Under the pieces are notes generated by a model. That model was not told where the DNA came from. It worked only from the letters and a program-made list of their open reading frames with translations, and searched no databases. A program made the translations under genes and the position numbers. This document shows, piece after piece, positions 56,803 to 64,000 of a stretch of 64,000 nt of DNA (positions are counted from its first letter, which is position 1; each line of letters opens with the position of its first letter). The DNA is from an uncultured Chloroflexia bacterium (GTDB taxonomy: Bacteria > Chloroflexota > Limnocylindria > Limnocylindrales > CSP1-4): contig CAVVDB010000003.1 of the NCBI GenBank assembly GCA_963746865.1, positions 585,549 to 649,548 on the forward strand. Direction: 5' to 3'.

Positions 56803-59360
56803 GCCCCGCCCCGGGTCCGCGCGAAGGCCCCGAGCCCAAGCACCCGACCATCGGGCGTCGCCAGCCCGAGGTCGCCGGCGTCGACGGCCGGCGACGACCG
56901 GCCGAGCGCGCGCATGAGCGCATCGGCCAATCGATCGGGTCCGAACCCGACGGTGTGCGCCGTCAGGAGGACGAACCCGGCGGGTTCCAGGATCCGGGCG
57001 CAGGCCGCCAGGAGACGTGGCAGGTCGTCCTCGATCCGCCACGCGCGCGCATCCGGGCCGTGTCCGTAGCTCGGCGGGTCGAGGACGATCCCCGCGTACT
57101 GCCGTCCGCGTCGGGCCTCGCGATCCACGAACGCCGCGGCATCGTCGACGATCCAGCGGACCGGCCGATCGGCCAGCTTGGAGAGCTCGGCATTGCGGCG
57201 CGCCCAGGCGACGGTCGGTCGTGAGGCGTCCACGTGCGTGACGCTCGCCCCGGCCGACGCCAGGGCAAGCGTCACGAGTCCGGTGTACGCGAACAGGTGC
57301 AGGACGGCGCCCGCCGCGGCCGAGTCGCGCAGCCACGGCAACATCGCGGCGTGCTCCGGGAAGACGCCGACCTGCCCCGCGTCGGTCGGTCGCAACTCCA
57401 GGCGCACGCCCCCGATCTCGATCGGCCATGGCTCGAGCGCGGCGGGGGCACCGACCCAGCCACCGTCACGATCGTAGCGGAGGTCCGACGTCCCCCAGGC
57501 GGCCGGGTCGCCGCGCGCCCCCAGGGCGCCCGGGTGCGGGCGATCGGTGACCCTCCCGCCGAATCGTTCGAGTCGTGCAGCGCCCCCGAAGTCGAGCAGC
57601 GCGTACGCCTCGTCCACCTTCAGGGGACCGCGTCGATCGGGACCAGTTCGTACAGGACGCGGTCGAATTGCGTGTAGCGCTTGCCGTATGGAAGGCGGAT
57701 CGTCGTCGATGTCGGGACCGGCTCCAGCCCGGTCTGCTTCCGGAGGTCGCTCGGGGAACATCATCAGCGCGTAGACCGGCCGTCGCTTCGCGACATCCGT
57801 CAGGGGGCGTGGGATCGGGTCGCAGGTGACGAGCGCGAACTCGTCGTAGGCCCGCAGGCTGACGTCGGGTCGGACGCCCTCCACGCAGTGCTTGTAACTG
57901 AGCGTCGTCAGCGCGTCCCAGTACGTCACCAACACGGCGTCCTGCGGGAGCGCAGCGAACACCCTGGCCGCGAAGCGCTCCCCGTCGTGGTTGGCAGACT
58001 CGTCGTGGGTCGTCCAGTTCGAAGCGAGCAGCACGACCGGCAGGACCAGGATCGCGTACTGGAGCAGCCCGGCCCGGCGACCCATGACGCGCACGGCAGC
58101 CTGCACCAGCGCCTCCGCGACGACCGCGAACCCCAACGTCAGGATGAGCCAGCTGAGGAGCAGGTAGTGGTGCAGGTCGCCGAGGTAGTTGGCGTACATG
58201 TAGACGTTGACGACCCCGAGCACGACCAACATCGAGCCGAGCCATCGGTCGCGCCGCAGGATCAAGGCGACCCCGAGGACGCCGATGACGACGAAGACGA
58301 CATTCGACACCGACACGACGTGGTCGACGACCTTCGGCATCGCGTCGATGGCCGTCTGGACGCTGGCCAGGGTGCCGAACTTCATGTCGCCGCGGAACTG
58401 GGCCCCGCTGACGTGCGCGAAGAAGCCGTCCCAGGTCAGGAACCCGCGGTAGACGTCGGCCGGACCGGCCATCGCGCGTACCGGCAGGTAGAGGTACGGC
58501 AGCAGCCCTAGCGCGAAGGCGCCGGCGGCACCCACCAGGGCAAGCGGTCGCGCGCGGATCTCGGGCCGCGCATCCCACAGGATGAACAGGATCACGATCG
58601 GGACCACGGCGATCGCGAGGCCATGGTTCGAGACGCACAGCCCGGCGATCAGGGCCCCGATGAACAGGTCGCGATAGCGGCCTTCCTGGTGCCACACCAG
58701 GGCGCGATGGAGCAGCAGCGCGACGAGGAACAGGTGCAGGCTGTTCATCTCGGAGAAGTTCGCTTCCTGCCAGAGCGTCCCGGTGAATGCCAGGCCAAGC
58801 GCCGTGCCGGCGGCGATCACCGGTCGGACGCCGAGCCGGACGGCGATGAGGACGGCGATCCCGACGGCGCCCGCGGCAGCCGTCGCCGACAGGAGATTGG
58901 CCCGGAAGGCCACCGATTCGACCGGGATCATGCTGAACGCCTTGCCGAGCAGGGAGTAGAGCGGGTAGCCGGTCGGGTGGAGGATCCCGAGCCGGGAATG
59001 CAACAGCTCGGATTCGGCCCAGTCGCCGAAGCTGACGCCTGGGAGGAGCGTCCGGATGTAGACGATCGCGGCGATCACGAACGCCACGACGGCCGCGAGG
59101 TTGCCGGCGTTCAGGCCCGCTCGAAGCCGGTCGACGGGTCGCGCGCGCGAGGTCGATGCTGGCGACGCCGCGATGTCCAGATCGATCTCCTGCGGAAGGT
59201 TGCGGGTTCGAACCGCCCCGGAGGCTAGCACAGGATGCTCGCGCGTGCGCCGGGCTGATCGGGCATGGGTGCCGGGTACGCGGCCCGACTCGGGGTATGA
59301 TGCCGGTCGCCGCTGGCTCCTCGGTCCGGCGGTCTTGGCTCCGGCACGGACGTGGAACAC
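56799..59360 (-). CDS. DUF2723-like polytopic membrane protein fused in-frame to an RlmI/YwbD-like class I SAM-dependent RNA methyltransferase
   Basis: N-terminal ~560 aa multi-TM with DUF2723-like motif (GDWAESELLHSRLGILHPTGYPLYSLLG); C-terminal ~290 aa carries a Rossmann-type SAM motif (LHLFAYTGLVTLALASAGA...DASRPTV) and LDPPSYG; junction region is low complexity. Confidence 0.55.
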   Translation of the reverse strand: MFHVRAGAKTAGPRSQRRPASYPESGRVPGTHARSARRTREHPVLASGAVRTRNLPQEIDLDIAASPASTSRARPVDRLRAGLNAGNLAAVVAFVIAAIVYIRTLLPGVSFGDWAESELLHSRLGILHPTGYPLYSLLGKAFSMIPVESVAFRANLLSATAAAGAVGIAVLIAVRLGVRPVIAAGTALGLAFTGTLWQEANFSEMNSLHLFLVALLLHRALVWHQEGRYRDLFIGALIAGLCVSNHGLAIAVVPIVILFILWDARPEIRARPLALVGAAGAFALGLLPYLYLPVRAMAGPADVYRGFLTWDGFFAHVSGAQFRGDMKFGTLASVQTAIDAMPKVVDHVVSVSNVVFVVIGVLGVALILRRDRWLGSMLVVLGVVNVYMYANYLGDLHHYLLLSWLILTLGFAVVAEALVQAAVRVMGRRAGLLQYAILVLPVVLLASNWTTHDESANHDGERFAARVFAALPQDAVLVTYWDALTTLSYKHCVEGVRPDVSLRAYDEFALVTCDPIPRPLTDVAKRRPVYALMMFPERPPEADRAGAGPDIDDDPPSIRQALHAIRPRPVRTGPDRRGPLKVDEAYALLDFGGAARLERFGGRVTDRPHPGALGARGDPAAWGTSDLRYDRDGGWVGAPAALEPWPIEIGGVRLELRPTDAGQVGVFPEHAAMLPWLRDSAAAGAVLHLFAYTGLVTLALASAGASVTHVDASRPTVAWARRNAELSKLADRPVRWIVDDAAAFVDREARRGRQYAGIVLDPPSYGHGPDARAWRIEDDLPRLLAACARILEPAGFVLLTAHTVGFGPDRLADALMRALGRSSPAVDAGDLGLATPDGRVLGLGAFARTRGGA

Positions 59361-59410
59361 CCGTGAACCAAGCGGGACCTTGACCAGCGGAACGGGGACC
59401 GGCGACGTTC

Positions 59411-59487
59411 GGGCGGCTAGCTCAGCTGGTTAGAGCACTTGCTTGACATGCAAGAGGTCACTGGTTCGAGTCCAGTGTCGCCCACCA
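59411..59487 (+). tRNA. tRNA-Val (anticodon GAC)
   Basis: Acceptor GGGCGGC/GTCGCCC (one G-U), D-arm GCTC..GAGC, anticodon arm CTTGC-TTGACAT-GCAAG, T-arm ACTGG-TTCGAGT-CCAGT, ACCA. Confidence 0.9.
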
Positions 59488-59738
59488 TACAAGCGTCGAT
59501 CGGGACACCTCGGACGGCACGCGATCCACAGAGAGCCGGGCCACGGCTGGAAGCCCGGCGGTCGATCCGCACCGAGACCACCCGTGAGCGGCCGGCGAAC
59601 CGGCCCGGGCGTCGCCCGTTAGCGCGACCATGAGCGCGCGAGTCACCGACTCGCGAAGGCGGGTGGGACCGCGGGAGTGAACCTCTCGTCCTGTCGATGG
59701 GCGAGGGGTTTCGTGATTCCCAGACGGAGGCCACGACG
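59488..59738 (+). promoter_or_regulatory. T-box leader upstream of thrS
   Basis: Near-consensus T-box AAGGCGGGTGGGACCGCGGGAG at 59656-59677; downstream hairpin CCTCTCG-13nt-CGAGGGG+TTT (59682-59710); candidate specifier ACC in GCGCG-ACCATGA-GCGCGC / GAGTC-ACC-GACTC hairpins; GGAGG 8 nt before ATG 59739. Confidence 0.65.
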
Positions 59739-61574
59739 ATGAGCGACGAACAGGCGAACGAGGACGAGGGGCTCGAGGCCCCAGAACGCGGCTCGGCCGA
59801 CGAGCTGATGGACCATGGCGCGGCCGGCGAGCTGGGCCCGATGCGGCATTCCGCCGCGCACGTCCTGGCCGAGGCCGTCCTGGAGCTCTTCCCGGGCACG
59901 AAGCTCGGTATCGGCCCGGTCATCGACGACGGGTTCTACTACGACTTCCAGCTTCCGCGGCCGTTGACCCCGGACGACCTCCCGGCCATCGAGGCGCGGA
60001 TGCGCGAGAGCATCGCCGCCGACCACCCGTTCGAGTTCAGCGAGCTGTCGCCGGCGGATGCGCGGGCGTTCCTCGTCGAGCGCGACCAGCCGTTCAAGGT
60101 CGAGATCGTCGACGACCTGCTGGCGAACGCGGAGCGGGACGGCGCCCCCACGCCACCCACCACTTTCTACCGGCAGGGCCCGTTCATCGACCTGTGCCGC
60201 GGTCCGCACGTGGCGAGTACCGGCAAGATCGGTCCGTTCAAGTTGCTCGGGACGGCCGGGGCGTACTGGCGCGGCGACGAGAAGCGGCCGATGCTCCAGC
60301 GCGTCTACGGGACCGCGTGGGCGACCCAGGACGAGCTCGAGCAGTTCCTGTGGCGCCGCGAGGAGGCGCGCAAGCGCGATCATCGCCGGCTCGGCGTCCA
60401 GCTCGACCTGTTCAGCTTCCACGACGTCAGTCCCGGGTCGGCCTTCTGGCACCCGAAGGGCCAGTCGATCTGGCGCACCCTCGAGACCGCGATGCGCGGC
60501 CTTCAGGAACGGCGCGGCTACCAGGAGATCAGCACCCCGATCGTCGTCAGCGAGCGGCTGTGGCGGCAGTCCGGTCACTGGGACCTCTACCGCGACAACA
60601 TGTTCCTGATCGAGTCCGAGGGTCAGACGTTCAGCCTCAAGCCGATGAACTGCCCGGAGAGCACGTTCGTCTACCGCTCGCATCTGCGCTCGTACCGTGA
60701 CCTGCCGCTGCGCTACAACGAGTACGGCCGACTGCACCGCAACGAGCGGTCCGGGACGCTCAGCGGCCTGACCCGTGTCCGCCAGTTCATCCAGGACGAC
60801 GCACACCTCTACGTCCGACCGGACCAGCTGACCGACGAGATCGAGGCGCTCCTTGGCGAGGTCCGCGAGTCGTACGGCTGGTTCGGCCTGGAGCCACGCT
60901 TCGCATTCGCGACCAAGCCGGACAAGGCGCTCGGCGACCCTGCGCTCTGGGAGCGGGCCGAGCAGCTGATCCGCGAGGCGTTCGCCGCGGCCGACATCAC
61001 GTACACCCTGAAGCCGAAGGACGGGACGTTCTACGCGCCCAAGATCGACATCTACATCGACGACGCGCTCGGTCGCGAGTGGCAGATGGCGACCATCCAG
61101 GTCGACCTCGTCATGCTCCCCGAGCGGTTCGACCTGACCTACATCGACGAGACCGGGCAGCCGCAGCGACCGATCGCGATCCATCGCGCGATCTACGGCT
61201 CACTGGAGCGGTTCATCGGCATCCTCGTCGAGCACTTCGCGGGCGCCTTCCCGCTCTGGGTCGCGCCGGTCCAGGCCGTCGTCATCCCGATCGCCGACCG
61301 CCACATCGGCGCCGCGGACGAGCTGGCCGGGGTCCTGCGGGCTCGGGGCCTGCGGGTCGAGGTCGACCGCTCCGACAACCGGATGCAGAACAAGATCCGG
61401 TTGGCCCAGGAGCAGAAGGTGCCGTACATGCTCGTCTTGGGCGACCGCGAGGCCGAGGCGCGGACCGTGGCGCCACGTGCCCGCAACGCCGAACGCGGCG
61501 AGCAGCAGGAAGCCATCCCGTGGGACGCCTTGGCGGACCGGCTCGCACAGGAAGCGGAGGCGCGCACGGTCTAG
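59739..61574 (+). CDS. thrS: threonine--tRNA ligase (lacks the N-terminal TGS domain)
   Basis: Editing-domain HSAAHVL motif, class II motifs (...FRRE.SG...), anticodon-binding C-terminus; start chosen at ATG 59739 after the leader (the track ORF starts at 59697 inside the leader hairpin). Confidence 0.9.
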   Translation: MSDEQANEDEGLEAPERGSADELMDHGAAGELGPMRHSAAHVLAEAVLELFPGTKLGIGPVIDDGFYYDFQLPRPLTPDDLPAIEARMRESIAADHPFEFSELSPADARAFLVERDQPFKVEIVDDLLANAERDGAPTPPTTFYRQGPFIDLCRGPHVASTGKIGPFKLLGTAGAYWRGDEKRPMLQRVYGTAWATQDELEQFLWRREEARKRDHRRLGVQLDLFSFHDVSPGSAFWHPKGQSIWRTLETAMRGLQERRGYQEISTPIVVSERLWRQSGHWDLYRDNMFLIESEGQTFSLKPMNCPESTFVYRSHLRSYRDLPLRYNEYGRLHRNERSGTLSGLTRVRQFIQDDAHLYVRPDQLTDEIEALLGEVRESYGWFGLEPRFAFATKPDKALGDPALWERAEQLIREAFAAADITYTLKPKDGTFYAPKIDIYIDDALGREWQMATIQVDLVMLPERFDLTYIDETGQPQRPIAIHRAIYGSLERFIGILVEHFAGAFPLWVAPVQAVVIPIADRHIGAADELAGVLRARGLRVEVDRSDNRMQNKIRLAQEQKVPYMLVLGDREAEARTVAPRARNAERGEQQEAIPWDALADRLAQEAEARTV

Positions 61575-61598
61575 GCGAGGGCGGCCGGACGGGCTACG

Positions 61599-62150
61599 AT
61601 GGTCGAGATGGTCAGGCGCATCACGCGGCTCGTCTCGGTCGTCGTGGGATCGATCGTGCTGGTGGCCGCATGTTCCGGGGCAGGCGCGACCGGGGCACCG
61701 GTCGCCGCCGGTGGCAACCTATGCAAGCTCGTCGGTCCGGGTGACTTCGCCGCGGCCGGCATCAGCGGCGCAGGTGGCCCGAACGAGAACAACAGCCCGC
61801 CGGCGTACTTCTGCGTCTACCGTGGCCAGTCGAGCGCGACCGGCGGGATCGAGTTCGACGCCTGGACCTCGGACACCGTCGGCGAAGCCCACGACGGCTT
61901 TCTGGACCTGTTCGGCGAGTTCGATCCGAGCGACGATGACGTGGTCCCGATCGCGGGCGCCGACGAGGCGAGCCTGAGCCTTCCGGCCTCGGCCAGCAGC
62001 ACCGACCCGGCGCTGATCGGCGTCCGCAAGGGGACGCTGACCTTCGGGATCGGGGTCGGCGTCCCGTTCGCCGACGCCGCCAAGACCGGCGACGCCTTGA
62101 AGGACCTAGCCGCCTTGGTCGTCCAGCGAGCGGCGGCCGTCGGCGGCTAG
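61599..62150 (+). CDS. DUF3558-like secreted lipoprotein
   Basis: Lipobox LVAACSG, conserved Cys pair (LCKLVGP / YFCVY). Confidence 0.5.
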   Translation: MVEMVRRITRLVSVVVGSIVLVAACSGAGATGAPVAAGGNLCKLVGPGDFAAAGISGAGGPNENNSPPAYFCVYRGQSSATGGIEFDAWTSDTVGEAHDGFLDLFGEFDPSDDDVVPIAGADEASLSLPASASSTDPALIGVRKGTLTFGIGVGVPFADAAKTGDALKDLAALVVQRAAAVGG

Positions 62151-62543
62151 CCCGCGTCGGCTCGGCGGGCCGGCCACGTGGCCAGATTCACACCACTGGA
62201 ACGTTAGGACCGATCTCCAGGGCCCCCGAGACCCGGATCGACCGCCACGGATAGCGCGGGTGTCGTCGCCAAGCGTGGGCTGGGCGTTTTCGGGTCACGC
62301 CGGCGAACGCATTCGACGGCGCACTCGTCCCAACGTTCCATGGGCGTGCATATGGCCACGGCCTGTGCCGTGCTGGATCGAGCGGTAGCGTCGGCCGCGG
62401 TACTCATCCGATTGTCGCCTCGAAGCGGCCTATGCTATCCTCCCGCTTCGGCCGGAATCGGGGTCGTCGTATACCCGCGCCGGTCGCACGGAACCGCCAG
62501 ACAAAGGGGACCAACCATCAGTCGAGACCTGCGTGTCAATCAG

Positions 62544-63347
62544 ATGATCCGGATCCCACAGGTACGGGTCGTCGATGAAGAAGGTGCCCAGCTTGGGGTC
62601 ATGCCCACGCCCCGGGCGCTCGAGATGGCGCAGGAACGCGGCTTGGACCTCGTTGAGGTCGCACCGATGGCAGCCCCGCCGGTGGTCAAGTTCCTCGATT
62701 TCGGACAGTACAAATACGACCTGACCAAACGCGAGAAGGAAGCCAAGCGCAAGCAGCGCTCTGTGACCTTCAAGGAGGTTCGCCTCTCGCCCAAGATCGG
62801 CACCGGCGACTTCGACACCAAGGTCCATCGCGCCATCGAGTTCCTCGAGGACGGCGACCGGATCAAGGTGACCGTCCGCTTCCGCGGACGGGAGCTGACC
62901 CACCCGGAGCTCGGGCGGGCCCTGCTGGCGAGGTTCGTCGACCGGGTCAAGGAGCACGGAGTCGCGGAGCGGACGCCGCTCCTCGAGGGCAAGTCGATGC
63001 ACATCACGATGGCATCGCTGCACAAGCCGAAGAGCCACGAGGCGCCGAACCCGCGAAGCGACGAGGCGCACGAACCGAAGACCGAGACAGCGCCGCCCGA
63101 GCCAACGGCAGCGGCTCCCGAGCCGAAGCCAGAGGCAGCGGCACCTGAGCCAAAGGCAGCGGCTCCCGAGCCGAAACCAGAGGCAGCGGCGCCTGAGCCA
63201 AAGGCGGCGGCTCCCGAGCCGAAGGCGAAGACGCCGGCCCGAGCCGGCGCCGACGAAGGCCAAGGCCGCACCGAAGAAGGCAACCGAACCTACGCCGGCC
63301 CCGGAGCCGGTGACGTCAGGAGAGTGAGGCCCGCGTGCCAAAGATGA
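62544..63347 (+). CDS. infC: translation initiation factor IF-3 with C-terminal PEPK-repeat extension
   Basis: IF3 N- and C-domains (IRIPQVRVVDEEGAQLGVM...LDLVEV...; ...KFRGRELTHPELGRALL...MHITMASL); start uncertain (ATG 62544; IF3 often uses a rare start codon); the tail probably shifts frame near 63238 to end at 63327. Confidence 0.75.
   Translation: MIRIPQVRVVDEEGAQLGVMPTPRALEMAQERGLDLVEVAPMAAPPVVKFLDFGQYKYDLTKREKEAKRKQRSVTFKEVRLSPKIGTGDFDTKVHRAIEFLEDGDRIKVTVRFRGRELTHPELGRALLARFVDRVKEHGVAERTPLLEGKSMHITMASLHKPKSHEAPNPRSDEAHEPKTETAPPEPTAAAPEPKPEAAAPEPKAAAPEPKPEAAAPEPKAAAPEPKAKTPARAGADEGQGRTEEGNRTYAGPGAGDVRRVRPACQR
63108..63230 (+). repeat. 48-nt tandem repeat x2.5 encoding (AAAPEPKPEAAAPEPK)n inside infC
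   Basis: gcagcggctcccgagccgaa[g/a]ccagaggcagcggc[a/g]cctgagccaaag repeated head-to-tail. Confidence 0.6.
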
Positions 63348-63532
63348 AGAGCCACAAGGCGGCCCAGAAGCGGATCGGCGTGACCGGCAGCGGCAAGGTC
63401 ATCCGGGTCAACGCCTGGAGCGGCCATCACCTCGAGATCAAGTCGTCCCGCAGGACCCGCCGGTATGCCGGCAAGTCCGTCATCGGGCCCGAACACGCCA
63501 AGCAGGTCCGTCGCCTGCTGCCGTACCTCTAG
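63335..63532 (+). CDS. rpmI: 50S ribosomal protein L35
   Basis: MPKMKSHKAAQKR... ; GTG start, AGGAGAG 10 nt upstream. Confidence 0.9.
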   Translation: MPKMKSHKAAQKRIGVTGSGKVIRVNAWSGHHLEIKSSRRTRRYAGKSVIGPEHAKQVRRLLPYL

Positions 63533-63547
63533 GAGCGGATCCTTTCC

Positions 63548-63919
63548 ATGGCACGAGTCAAGCGGGGCGTCACGTCCCACCGGCGCCACAAGCGCCTCAT
63601 GCAGGACGCTGAGGGCCGCAAGGGCACCAAGTCGCGCCTGGTCAAGCCGGCGCGCGAGGCCCTGCTCCACGCGCTCGCTTACGCCACGCGCGACCGAAAG
63701 CAGCGCAAGCGCCAGATGCGCCAGCTGTGGATCATCCGGATCAACGCGGCCGCCCGCCAGAACGGACTGACCTACGGCCAGTTCGTGGCCGGTCTGAAGA
63801 AGGCGGACGTCCAGATCGACCGCAAGATCCTGGCCGACCTCGCGATCCGCGACGCCGCGACCTTCGGGCGGATCGTCGAGCTCGCCAAGACCGCCGAGCC
63901 CGTCGGCCAGAGCGCCTGA
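63548..63919 (+). CDS. rplT: 50S ribosomal protein L20
   Basis: MARVKRGVTSHRRHKR...RQLWIIRINAAAR... Confidence 0.9.
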   Translation: MARVKRGVTSHRRHKRLMQDAEGRKGTKSRLVKPAREALLHALAYATRDRKQRKRQMRQLWIIRINAAARQNGLTYGQFVAGLKKADVQIDRKILADLAIRDAATFGRIVELAKTAEPVGQSA

Positions 63920-64000
63920 GCGCGAGCCGGCAGCCGCCGACCGCGACCTCACCAAAGCCTCCGACCGACCGGACGTGGATCTCGCGGACCTGACCCGCGA

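Noticed and set aside
59697-59738. thrS start at ATG 59697
   Set aside because: That ATG lies inside the leader hairpin (CGAGGGG arm) upstream of the GGAGG Shine-Dalgarno; ATG 59739 is better placed.
62340-62543. N-terminal extension of infC in the ORF track (MGVHMATACAV...)
   Set aside because: Extension overlaps the repeat-like leader region and has no IF-3 similarity; IF-3 conserved N-domain begins at ...MIRIPQVRVV.
1-64000. CRISPR arrays / cas genes
   Set aside because: No series of short regularly spaced direct repeats detected; the only tandem repeats are the 48-nt coding repeat in infC and the dispersed intergenic element family.

Overview
High-GC (~70%) bacterial chromosomal segment, Actinobacteria/Chloroflexi-like, with genes packed on both strands and many 4-nt start/stop overlaps. 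Recognisable housekeeping content (coordinates and evidence are in the feature list): Der GTPase (5' partial), GpsA, MoeA-MoaC-MogA, an Rv0338c-like NarI+HdrD Fe-S protein, acyl-CoA dehydrogenase with EtfB/EtfA, NrdR-Dcd, a CcdA/TlpA/glutaredoxin thiol-disulfide cluster, CysRS, ThrRS-IF3-L35-L20, and tRNA-Pro(GGG), tRNA-Arg(CCU) and tRNA-Val(GAC). Accessory content: three ECF sigma/anti-sigma pairs whose anti-sigma partners carry extracytoplasmic beta-propeller or other large sensor domains (two pairs in tandem at 4.1-8.6 kb, one at 29.8-32.2 kb), BNR-repeat and META lipoproteins, a GerMN lipoprotein, two DUF881 genes with DUF951 and an MFS transporter, and several domain-of-unknown-function proteins. 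Most notable observations: (1) tRNA-Arg is followed by three degenerate direct repeats of its own 3' end, delimiting small tandem islets, one of which carries the third ECF pair; (2) a ~100-nt non-coding repeat family occurs in at least three intergenic regions; (3) a T-box leader lies upstream of thrS, and NrdR-box palindromes lie upstream of nrdR; (4) there are at least nine single-base frameshifts in otherwise well-conserved genes (gpsA, etfB x2, etfA x3, MBL hydrolase, LLM oxidoreductase, probably the infC tail), five of them inside the 1.8-kb etfBA operon, most parsimoniously indel errors; (5) a glycosyltransferase carries an N-terminal copy of the CysRS C-terminal domain, is start/stop-coupled to an APH-type kinase and abuts cysS. 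No CRISPR array, integrase or transposase was seen. Start-codon choices and all family assignments rest on motif recognition by eye without database searches.
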